From positions 1 through 45,261 of IMG/VR virus record IMGVR_UViG_3300034127_000011: 45,261 bases of DNA; one strand, 5' to 3'. Position numbers and translations under genes: made by a program. This DNA is from a virus. The notes under the pieces were generated by a model. It was not told the DNA's origin, made no database searches, and saw only the letters and a list, made by a program, of their open reading frames with translations. How positions within the stretch are numbered: position 1 is the stretch's first letter; the number at the start of each line of letters is the position of its first letter. Shown here piece by piece: positions 18,169 through 25,221 of the stretch.

Positions 18169-18450
18169 GGTAACGGGCATGGGTAACAGGGTCGTTACCT
18201 CTACAGCCCTTATAAACCGTGGCCTGTAGCGATTTGGTAACAGGTAACGAGCTGAGTAAAACGATATAACACATAATACGAGACATATGCGTAACACTCA
18301 TGATGACCACCTATACACAAATCGTACAGCTCTCATATAGCTAGATTTTTATATACCCTGTTACCTGTTACCTAAAAGATAAGAAAGCTATATAAACCGG
18401 GGCTCTCAGCAGGTAACAAGAGGGTAACAAGGGGCTCCAAAGCTGTTACC
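18169..18450. repeat. Iteron cluster of 11 GGTAAC/GTTACC hexamers, often in 7-bp-spaced pairs, around an AT-rich core
   Basis: GGTAAC starts at 18169, 18182, 18236, 18243, 18412 and 18423, with CGTAAC at 18290. GTTACC starts at 18194, 18360, 18367 and 18445. tataaaccg occurs twice (18211, 18391). Confidence 0.9.
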
Positions 18451-18462
18451 CCTGTAACCTGA

Positions 18463-21090
18463 TCAATTATTAACCAATCTCTCAAAGTGCTGAATTTTCG
18501 TGAGTTCCAACATTGAGCGCAGCGTCTCATTGCTGTCACAGCCAACCTTGCCCCGCTTCCACCAAACACGGTGAGCTGTGCCGTTCCACTTCACCAACCC
18601 TTTCGGGGAGAACCCCATGCGAGTAAGCATGTGGTTAACGGTGGAAGTCTTGGGAATGTCTAACCCGTCCTGCACGCATATGGTCCTCATCGCCGCTGTT
18701 AAGCTGCTGGAGCTTAAAACGAACTGACCGACACCCACCGCCCCGGTTTCGATACATTGACGCGCCACGGACTCGTGAGCGTCTTCCCCGCCTGCTCTCA
18801 TTTCTTGCTTCTCGCTGGTGTTTGGCGCTTTGGCGTTCGGCTTGAAATTATCGGTAACCGCGTACTCAGTGAGGAACTTGCGCCACTCACCGCGCCGCTC
18901 ATCAACCAGGCTATCGAAAATCAAATCAAAGTGAGCGCCCAACCCTTCCTCAGTTATGCCGAGTGTCGCGGCCAGGTCACCCAGGTCGTCAAACGGGGAA
19001 AAGATCACCCACCAACGACGGTCACGGTCTTCCAGCGGCACCGCGTCCACGAAGTTGGTGAAGGCGATGTAGTTAGTGACGTTAATGATTGACGCCCCAG
19101 CAGGCCGCCCCTTGCGGTTTATCTTGAGCGTGTTGTTGGTGATGGGCTCTTTGATCGCGTTGGCCACGGCATAACGCTTGGCCCCGGTGATCATCAGTTC
19201 CTCAAACGCGGTGACGCACGAACCCTCTTGCCAGTCCCCGAAATCTGAGCAGACCAACTTGGCGCCCACGCTGGTTGCGTTGGCAAATCCCATCACCGCT
19301 TGCATTACGTTAATGATGAGCGACTTGCCGTCACCTGGCATGCCTTTGATGATTGGCGCGTACCGGCACTTCTTGCCGGGGTTCTGCGCACACCAGGCCA
19401 TCCAGTCGAGCAGGTTTAGATAGACCTCATTGCGGTTGCCGCACAGCGCTTGTAGGTGGCGCAGAAAGGCTTGGATGGCATCTATCCCACCCTGCGTGTA
19501 ACCGAGGGCGATTTCCGGCACCGTGCTCGGGCTGTACAGGTTGGCGTACCAACGCCCCTCATGGTTGAAAATGCTTTCCTTGCCTGGCAGATACATCGTG
19601 TCGCCCACGGTGGCGGTGTTCCAGCGCTGCAAGCACCACTTGGCAGCGTCCTCACGGTCGCCGTTGGGCTTCTGAGGCATCATGCGCTCATACTGCGCAT
19701 TGAACGCGGTACGGCTCATCGTGCTTGCGCTCATCAGGTCAAAGAAACAATCAGTTGCCATGACGTACACGTGCCGGTTGGCCCACTCAGGAATGATCCC
19801 GCCGTCTTCGTCCTCAACCACCTGCAAGCGCACCATTGCTTTGCAGTCGCTGATGCTGACAGGGAACCCCCAATCCGCCATGCGCTTCTTGACAGCCGCG
19901 GCTAACCAATCCCGGTCAAGGGTTTGCACCGAGCGGTCAGCGGCGATCTGCGGAATCACATCGTTGCGCAGGTCCGCGTCATCGTTGCAGCCCATGATGA
20001 GGTCAAAGTATTCCTGCCTACTCACACCTGCTGCAAGGGTCACAGTGGCGTCCAACTTGGCCACGGTTTCTTTGTCCTGGCAGACGTTTCGCGTCTGCTT
20101 GCACGCTCGGTCAACCGTCAGCTCGGCCAGGTACGTACGGTGGGTGGTCCACTTGTCACGCACCAACTTGGACTGCCACATCAGACGCACCATGCGCTCA
20201 GCATCGCAACCGGTCCAAAACGCCAGGTGGGAGGCAAGCGCAAAATCAACCTCGGTGCCCCCATAGGGCAAGCCGTCACTACGGTCCTCATCGGGGTAGC
20301 TGGCTGCAAGTGCTTGAACGTTGCACGTCCACAGGTCAGCAAAGGTTGCCTTACCTGAGAACATTGCCCCAGCACTGCGAGACTGCATTGCACGCCTGAT
20401 CAGCTCATTGTCATCAGTCGGGCCATTCCAATCAGCCCGAGGACCATAACCCACCAAGGCCACACCGGTTGACTGCTCGGGCGTGAAAATTTGGTCAACA
20501 ATGTATTGAGTCTGTTGACCAAGGTGCGTATCCGCCGAGCCCCAAGCCTGACCATTCAAGCCGAACGCGATACCCCGCCCGCCCGTATAGAACTCAAGAT
20601 CGTTGCCAGGGTGCTGCGCATTCCACGCTTGTGTTGGTCGGGTGCGATGACCGGCAGGCGGACAACCCCGCCCTATGAGGTGAATGCCTGTACCTGATGA
20701 GCTGTACTCAAAAAAGGCACCTGGCAGGTTTTGATAGAACCACGTGGCCCAGGGTGTGAGCTGAGCATCAGCATTAACACAACCGTCGACATCCAAGAAC
20801 CAATAACCGCAATCACGAGTAACCATAAAACCGAGCGTGTAGACATAGCCGTCTAATCTCCCATAGTGCGCAGTAAGCTGAGCCGTGGCCAACTCAAACG
20901 ATGACCACGCGTACGGCTTTTGAACGTCAGGCCCTTTTAACTTTCCATTCTCATCAAATTCAATTCGACCGTCAGGATGCGCAGGAACCTTCAGGTATTT
21001 CCCCGGTTTTTTCGGGTCCGGTGACAGACGCCACACGAACCATTGATTGATAGCGGTCATTCCCGCCAAAGCTGTTGCGAGCATTGTCAT
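18463..21090 (-). CDS. Bifunctional primase-polymerase (AEP) / D5-P4 alpha-like SF3 helicase
   Basis: 875 aa. It has the LDVDGC and SSSGTGIHLI prim-pol motifs and a central Walker A, KGMPGDGKS. Confidence 0.85.
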   Translation of the reverse strand: MTMLATALAGMTAINQWFVWRLSPDPKKPGKYLKVPAHPDGRIEFDENGKLKGPDVQKPYAWSSFELATAQLTAHYGRLDGYVYTLGFMVTRDCGYWFLDVDGCVNADAQLTPWATWFYQNLPGAFFEYSSSGTGIHLIGRGCPPAGHRTRPTQAWNAQHPGNDLEFYTGGRGIAFGLNGQAWGSADTHLGQQTQYIVDQIFTPEQSTGVALVGYGPRADWNGPTDDNELIRRAMQSRSAGAMFSGKATFADLWTCNVQALAASYPDEDRSDGLPYGGTEVDFALASHLAFWTGCDAERMVRLMWQSKLVRDKWTTHRTYLAELTVDRACKQTRNVCQDKETVAKLDATVTLAAGVSRQEYFDLIMGCNDDADLRNDVIPQIAADRSVQTLDRDWLAAAVKKRMADWGFPVSISDCKAMVRLQVVEDEDGGIIPEWANRHVYVMATDCFFDLMSASTMSRTAFNAQYERMMPQKPNGDREDAAKWCLQRWNTATVGDTMYLPGKESIFNHEGRWYANLYSPSTVPEIALGYTQGGIDAIQAFLRHLQALCGNRNEVYLNLLDWMAWCAQNPGKKCRYAPIIKGMPGDGKSLIINVMQAVMGFANATSVGAKLVCSDFGDWQEGSCVTAFEELMITGAKRYAVANAIKEPITNNTLKINRKGRPAGASIINVTNYIAFTNFVDAVPLEDRDRRWWVIFSPFDDLGDLAATLGITEEGLGAHFDLIFDSLVDERRGEWRKFLTEYAVTDNFKPNAKAPNTSEKQEMRAGGEDAHESVARQCIETGAVGVGQFVLSSSSLTAAMRTICVQDGLDIPKTSTVNHMLTRMGFSPKGLVKWNGTAHRVWWKRGKVGCDSNETLRSMLELTKIQHFERLVNN

Positions 21091-21108
21091 TGCCTTATTT
21101 TAACGAAA

Positions 21109-21179
21109 ACGCCCGATGCACTCTAGAATGGCTGCCAAGCTCCAAGGGTCAGTACCCCTGTCTAGAGTGCATCGGGCGT
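21109..21179 (-). promoter_or_regulatory. 19-bp perfect inverted repeat with a 33-nt loop, in the primase leader
   Basis: acgcccgatgcactctaga (21109-21127) pairs with tctagagtgcatcgggcgt (21161-21179). On the minus strand it is followed by TTTCGTT, and it ends 18 nt before the primase ATG. Confidence 0.85.
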
Positions 21180-21206
21180 CTTACTGATTGGGTGAACTTG
21201 GCCCCG

Positions 21207-21229
21207 GAAGTAGAACACAAATGACGGGC
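21207..21229 (-). promoter_or_regulatory. Conserved early-promoter/operator motif, copy E. It has no TTGAC -35 element.
   Basis: The minus strand reads gcccGTCATTTGTGTTCTACTTC. It abuts the T-run of the upstream terminator. Confidence 0.5.
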
Positions 21230-21231
21230 AT

Positions 21232-21256
21232 TAAAAAGCCCCGACAGTGCGGGGCT
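21232..21256 (-). terminator. Rho-independent terminator
   Basis: 7-bp GC stem agccccg/cggggct, 6-nt loop, then TTTTT on the minus strand. Confidence 0.75.
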
Positions 21257-21365
21257 TTACAGGTGGTGAGCTTTGCGCTTGATCATGGCTGCGCGGCCTG
21301 ACGTTCACATAATGCAGTCCTCTAAAGGTTGGTCTGAAGCCAAACATCTTTGTTACCCGGAAGCG

Positions 21366-21388
21366 CCACTAGACCACAAATAACAGGC
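21366..21388 (-). promoter_or_regulatory. Conserved early-promoter/operator motif, copy D
   Basis: The minus strand reads gcctGTTATTTGTGGTCTAGTGG, directly after the terminator T-run. Confidence 0.5.
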
Positions 21389-21426
21389 AAAGAAAAGCCC
21401 CGACGCTGGGGAAAGCAATCGGGGCT
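21389..21426 (-). terminator. Rho-independent terminator after the Rmf-like gene array
   Basis: 8-bp stem agccccga/tcggggct, 15-nt loop, then TTTTCTTT on the minus strand. Confidence 0.65.
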
Positions 21427-21462
21427 TAGGTACAGCCAGGCAGTGACAATGCACGGGCGACT

Positions 21463-21645
21463 TTACGCACTCACCTTTACACTGTCAAGCAACTCTTTGG
21501 CGCGAAGGTCAATAGCCGCGCTCGCGTCCTTGTACCCTTCCAACCAGTGGCGGCGCTCCCAATCCTTGCAGGCTGGTGGCGGTGTGCATGGCTTGCCGCT
21601 GCGGCGCTGACTGGCCCCGCCGTGATACCAACGTGTTTGAGTCAT
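21463..21645 (-). CDS. Rmf/CrpP-like small protein, paralog 1
   Basis: 60 aa. YHGGASQRRSGKPCTPPPACKDWERRHWLEGYKDA matches the G..A..G...CP......WL.GW pattern of ribosome modulation factor and CrpP-fold proteins. Confidence 0.5.
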   Translation of the reverse strand: MTQTRWYHGGASQRRSGKPCTPPPACKDWERRHWLEGYKDASAAIDLRAKELLDSVKVSA

Positions 21646-21842
21646 TTCAAGCTCACCGAGTCAAAACCATCATTCCAGAACTGCCGCTCAACTGAGCCCT
21701 TCTTGTGTGGGTTGCGCTCATCGCGCATGTCTGCCCAGGTCTTGGCGCTGCGCTGAATGATATGAGCGTCAATCATCCGCGCCTTGAATGCACCCCGGTC
21801 AAAAGCGCACTGCTCACGCGTGTTGCTGGGTTTCTTTTGCAT
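21642..21842 (-). CDS. Rmf/CrpP-like small protein, paralog 2 (divergent)
   Basis: 66 aa. It has RGAFKA...NPHKKGSVERQFWNDGFD. ATGA coupling to paralog 1. Confidence 0.4.
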   Translation of the reverse strand: MQKKPSNTREQCAFDRGAFKARMIDAHIIQRSAKTWADMRDERNPHKKGSVERQFWNDGFDSVSLK

Positions 21843-21984
21843 CTATCAGTTCCTTGTCTTTATCGTTCCAGCCGGCCAACCACCACGACCAGGCCCATTG
21901 CATATAAGCGTTGGGGTTCGTCAGTTTGCCAACCCCGTCAAGTCTTGCCTTCTCACCCAGGTAATACGGTCTTGGTGGCTTCAA
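21814..21984 (-). CDS. Rmf/CrpP-like small protein, paralog 3
   Basis: 56 aa if it starts at the TTG at 21984. That start overlaps the upstream stop as TTGA and has AAGGGG 8 nt upstream. The sequence includes YYLGEKARLDGVGKLTNPNAYMQWAWSWWLAGWND. The track start (GTG 22026) would overlap the upstream gene by 46 nt. Confidence 0.5.
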   Translation of the reverse strand: MKPPRPYYLGEKARLDGVGKLTNPNAYMQWAWSWWLAGWNDKDKELIDAKETQQHA

Positions 21985-22352
21985 ACCGGAAACCCCTTTG
22001 CAACGTTGGTGACCACGGCGTTGCACATCTGGTTGCGATACTCAGCGTCGGTACTCGGCTGGCGATCCTCAACCCACGTGACGCCATTCAATCGGCTGCG
22101 CACCGAAACCACGCCCCGGAGCAACCGCAACTCGCTCATGGTGTCAGCGATCAACCGCACGCACTGCTCCCAATTGGTGAAGGGGTGAAAGTGTTTGCCG
22201 TTGGCGTAAATCATCCACTCGTAACGGACGTTGCGCAGGTCCACTTTGTATCCAGCCGCCAGGGCTGCGCGCGCGGTCAACTGCGTGAACTCACCAGTCA
22301 GCGCGGCAACATCCGCAGCCGTTTCAATTGGCTTGCAAGCTCCCCCGCTCAT
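21981..22352 (-). CDS. Hypothetical protein (123 aa), possibly NinX/DUF2591-like
   Basis: The HPFTNWEQCVRLI segment resembles the W.P..W.Q motif. This is a weak call. Confidence 0.5.
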   Translation of the reverse strand: MSGGACKPIETAADVAALTGEFTQLTARAALAAGYKVDLRNVRYEWMIYANGKHFHPFTNWEQCVRLIADTMSELRLLRGVVSVRSRLNGVTWVEDRQPSTDAEYRNQMCNAVVTNVAKGFPV

Positions 22353-22714
22353 CCGATCACCACTTTGCGCAATTGCTGATATTCGGCTTCCTCGTAGCTG
22401 TCGAGCGGGTAGCCCGAAAGCTTGCGGTCACCAAGTTCTTTGAAGCGTTCGAAGGGTGTAACAGGCGCAAATATGGGCTTCACAACGCAGCGGCAGTTCA
22501 TGTGGGCGTCAGGTGCTGCTTGCCATAGAACCTTTGGCTGCAACCGCTCAGCCTCGTACTCGTTGGACTTCTCAACCCGACCAGCCGCTTTGCCTACGCG
22601 ATAGCCACGGTTATACATTTCGGTTGTTGCAATCACGATCACATACAGCGGCAGCCAAAGCCCACCAGTGAACAGGACCAACAACAAGTGCAGCCAGTGC
22701 TTTACCTTTTTCAT
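22349..22714 (-). CDS. Small membrane protein (121 aa)
   Basis: ATG at 22714, 1 nt after the upstream stop. It has an N-terminal hydrophobic hairpin, WLHLLLVLFTGGLWLPLYVIVIA. Confidence 0.6.
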   Translation of the reverse strand: MKKVKHWLHLLLVLFTGGLWLPLYVIVIATTEMYNRGYRVGKAAGRVEKSNEYEAERLQPKVLWQAAPDAHMNCRCVVKPIFAPVTPFERFKELGDRKLSGYPLDSYEEAEYQQLRKVVIG

Positions 22715-22715
22715 T

Positions 22716-23069
22716 TCATTCAACCCCTTCACATTCAACGCACTCATCACCCTCAGGGGTGAACCCGGTGTCACCGCACCACATACAGTCTTGACGCTTT
22801 CCAATCTTGCGCAACTGCTGCTCACTTGGAACAAAGCCGCACGGTGGTATCTCAACCAGCTCAACCGTACCCCCGTGGGCAACACGAATCATATTGATGA
22901 CCAGTTCCCGCCAGTCGGTGAACTGGTGACGCTCGCACAGCTCGTTGAGCAAGGTGTTGATCGAAGCCGGCAACGGTAGCGTGCGGTTCACAATACCCAG
23001 CTTCTCGGCAGTCTCCTTGGCTCGGGCATACTGCTCGGCCTTGTACTGCGCGTTGGACTTCTTAGCCAT
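22716..23069 (-). CDS. Putative RHH/RepB-like regulator with a C-terminal zinc ribbon (117 aa)
   Basis: The N-terminus YKAEQYARAKETAEKLGIVNRTLPLPASINTLLNEL resembles RepB-type regulatory proteins. The C-terminus has CMWCGDTGFTPEGDECVEC. Confidence 0.45.
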   Translation of the reverse strand: MAKKSNAQYKAEQYARAKETAEKLGIVNRTLPLPASINTLLNELCERHQFTDWRELVINMIRVAHGGTVELVEIPPCGFVPSEQQLRKIGKRQDCMWCGDTGFTPEGDECVECEGVE

Positions 23070-23075
23070 GGCAGT

Positions 23076-23459
23076 TTATTGCCCCATCCCGAATACTGCC
23101 ATAGCGATAACCGACACCGCGAACACCAAACCCGCACCGTACCAGATGGCACGAACACGGCTGATGCGATGGGTTGGCCCGAACGCAAGAGGGGTGCCGC
23201 ACGCCCGCAGTTCGTCGCGGGTCATCGGGGTTGCCATGCTTGACAGGCACTTGGCGTCAATCAGGTCTTTTACGGTTGGTCCACTGCGCGGCATTTCGGG
23301 AGCGTGCCCGCACCCACAAGGCATGCGGCCTTGATTGCAGTTGCACAACTGATGACGCGCCTGGCGAGCTGCGAAAGCTTCACCGCATAGACGGTTCCAG
23401 CGAAATGCGCGCCGGATAAAATGTTCTTGGGTTTCGTTAGGGTGGCGGTGGATTTGCAT
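23076..23459 (-). CDS. Cys-rich tail-anchored membrane protein (127 aa)
   Basis: ATG at 23459 with GAGGG upstream. The track start at 23492 lies inside the promoter. It has CNCNQGRMPCGCGH and a C-terminal TM, IWYGAGLVFAVSVIAMAVFG. Confidence 0.6.
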   Translation of the reverse strand: MQIHRHPNETQEHFIRRAFRWNRLCGEAFAARQARHQLCNCNQGRMPCGCGHAPEMPRSGPTVKDLIDAKCLSSMATPMTRDELRACGTPLAFGPTHRISRVRAIWYGAGLVFAVSVIAMAVFGMGQ

Positions 23460-23488
23460 TGTCGTTGCCCTCGTTGTTTGTAGGGCGA

Positions 23489-23517
23489 ACAATAGACCAC
23501 TAATAACGCACCGTCAA
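23489..23517 (-). promoter_or_regulatory. Sigma70-type promoter with conserved spacer, copy A
   Basis: The minus strand reads TTGACG-gtgcGTTATTAGTGGTC-TATTGT with a 17-nt spacer. It lies about 30 nt upstream of the ATG at 23459. Confidence 0.7.
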
Positions 23518-23523
23518 CAATTA

Positions 23524-23548
23524 AAAAGCCCCACCGATTGGCAGGGCT
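23524..23548 (-). terminator. Putative rho-independent terminator (imperfect stem)
   Basis: The minus strand reads caagccctgccaatcggtggggcttttt. It lies after the stop of 23565..24113. Confidence 0.5.
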
Positions 23549-23564
23549 TGTCGTCGTTAAGAGT

Positions 23565-24113
23565 TTACGCAACGAGGCGTAAATCTGGTGGGGCTTTCTT
23601 AACGAACCGGTCAAAGGTCTTGCGCACCGCAGCATCAAGCGCTTGCTGTTCTTCCTCAGTGAGCAGCGAGCGCACCCGCAGTACATCGTGGTAAAGGCCA
23701 CCGTTCAAAGACTCCCCTGTCACAATTACACCCTTCAATTCAGGTGGCACTTTCTTAGCCCGCGCAGGCACTTTTGACCTGATGGCACGGCGCAGCTCTT
23801 CCAGGTTTTTGAAGTTCCCCAACTTCAATTTCAACACCAGCGCTTTACGCACGTTCGACGCGTACACCTGCACGATTGGCGGGGCTGGCTTGTCACCAGC
23901 TTTTGGCCGCCCCTTGCGCCGGGTCCACTTGTTTTCCTCGTACGCTGCGGTAACCACGGTGTCGAACTTTTCAACGGTATCAATTTTCTCATCCACAAGG
24001 AACGCAAAGAACCTGGCGGCTACCGACTGCACACCGGTAAGAGCTGCCGCGACCTTCCCTTGGGCGCGGGTCATGTCTACAAAGATGGTGGAGAGTACAA
24101 GGCGCATTGTCAT
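23565..24113 (-). CDS. Hypothetical basic early protein (182 aa)
   Basis: Long ORF forming its own cassette between terminator-promoter modules. Confidence 0.65.
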   Translation of the reverse strand: MTMRLVLSTIFVDMTRAQGKVAAALTGVQSVAARFFAFLVDEKIDTVEKFDTVVTAAYEENKWTRRKGRPKAGDKPAPPIVQVYASNVRKALVLKLKLGNFKNLEELRRAIRSKVPARAKKVPPELKGVIVTGESLNGGLYHDVLRVRSLLTEEEQQALDAAVRKTFDRFVKKAPPDLRLVA

Positions 24114-24160
24114 TTACCCCTACTGTCAAGAAGCCGGCGCGAATCGCCTGCCTACTTATA

Positions 24161-24188
24161 AGAGTAGTGTATTATTGACGGTCTACAA
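24161..24188 (-). promoter_or_regulatory. Degenerate member of the conserved promoter family, copy F
   Basis: The minus strand reads TTGTAG-accGTCAATAATACAC-TACTCT with a 16-nt spacer. It follows a terminator. Confidence 0.35.
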
Positions 24189-24203
24189 GGCCGTTCGTCG
24201 GGC

Positions 24204-24230
24204 AAGAAAAAGCCCTCAAATTTGAGGGCT
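24204..24230 (-). terminator. Rho-independent terminator after the ParB-like gene
   Basis: Perfect palindrome agccctcaaatttgagggct followed by TTTTTCTT on the minus strand. Confidence 0.8.
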
Positions 24231-24273
24231 TTAGGTCACCGTACGTACACGAAGTAGAACCAGGCGAGGGCGA

Positions 24274-25221
24274 TCATTGCACCACCTCAGGAACCGTTGG
24301 CCACGGTGCGGGCGTCCAGTGCGTTACATCGTCATGCTCCCAGCCTTGCCCGTCGTTCTCGGGGTCATCCCAATACATATAGGACTGATAGGTGTCCTCA
24401 TGCCCTGGCTCATCCCAGAAGCGGGCGCCGATCCGCACCACACCCTTGACGACTACCAGGCACTCAACACCCTCACCCGGCAGGTCACCGTCTTCGCATA
24501 GCCGCCACCCCTTCTTAGGTTTGAGCACGGCGTTGGTCACCCGAGTCTTGCCGATTGCCTTGGCCTCAACGAGAGCTGCACCCAGCACTGCCCCAGCCTT
24601 GTCGCCGTGAGTCTTCACAGCCTGAGCGGCAATAGTTGGCTTGACCTCACCAGCTTTGACCATTTCGTGCACGTCGGTGTTGCCACCTGCCAGGGTGAGG
24701 ATGCGTTGAATCGTGGCCACCTTCTCACCGCTGCGCTCAGCGATCTGCGCAACCGTCCAACCAAACCCAACCAGCTTGTTATAGACCCGCCCGAGCCCCA
24801 GCGGGTCAACTTCGGCACGCTTGGTGCTGGTAGCTTGACGTAGTAGTTGCTCGGCGTCATTCCCCGTGAACGGTTTTACCGGTATCCACGCTTCAAGGAT
24901 TTCGGGCTTGTCCTTGTTCGGGGTGCGCGGCAAAGTTCCGCGCTCATCCATCTTGATGTACGCAAAGCGGCGCGTATGACCCTGCACAACCCACACGCCA
25001 CCCTCAGCACGTGGGCGCACTTCAAGCGCTTCAACGGTGCCACCCGCTTCAAGGTACGCAACCAGTGCGTCAACATCCTCTTGATACTTTGGCGACTCAT
25101 AGTCGCGGATGATGTTGAAGCCTGGCAGCTCGTGAATGTCTTCAAGGCGAACACTATTCGCCTCACCACGTTTGACCGTGCCGTTGGTGCGCATGGATTT
25201 AAAGGTTGGTTGCATTGTCAT
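24274..25221 (-). CDS. ParB-like N-terminal domain + HTH protein with a DUF551-like C-terminus
   Basis: 315 aa. It has the VVQGHTRR ParB box, the HTH segment WTVAQIAERSGEKVATIQRIL, and a C-terminus with W..C.....P...V.hWTPAPWP resembling DUF551. Confidence 0.7.
   Translation of the reverse strand: MTMQPTFKSMRTNGTVKRGEANSVRLEDIHELPGFNIIRDYESPKYQEDVDALVAYLEAGGTVEALEVRPRAEGGVWVVQGHTRRFAYIKMDERGTLPRTPNKDKPEILEAWIPVKPFTGNDAEQLLRQATSTKRAEVDPLGLGRVYNKLVGFGWTVAQIAERSGEKVATIQRILTLAGGNTDVHEMVKAGEVKPTIAAQAVKTHGDKAGAVLGAALVEAKAIGKTRVTNAVLKPKKGWRLCEDGDLPGEGVECLVVVKGVVRIGARFWDEPGHEDTYQSYMYWDDPENDGQGWEHDDVTHWTPAPWPTVPEVVQ

Noticed and set aside
18145-18297. N-terminal 51-codon extension of terS (track start 18297)
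   Set aside because: The extension runs through the iteron and promoter region, encodes implausible sequence (MLRICLVLCVISFYSARYLL...) and has no RBS. The ATG at 18144 is preferred.
21229-21342. 38-codon minus-strand ORF (MFGFRPTFRGLHYVNVRPRSHDQAQSSPPVKPRTVGAF) in the primase leader
   Set aside because: It has a weak RBS and reads through the terminator hairpin, ending in its T-run. The region is more plausibly a non-coding regulatory RNA. It stays open as an alternative in the leader finding.
21350-21610. 86-aa plus-strand ORF
   Set aside because: It spans a terminator and the antisense of an Rmf-like gene, and has no expression signals.
24161-24176. Plus-strand reading of the operator-like motif (ATTATTGACGGTCTA) as an inverted copy
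   Set aside because: The same bases read on the minus strand give a -35/-10 arrangement after a terminator, matching the orientation of the downstream gene and the architecture of copies A and B.
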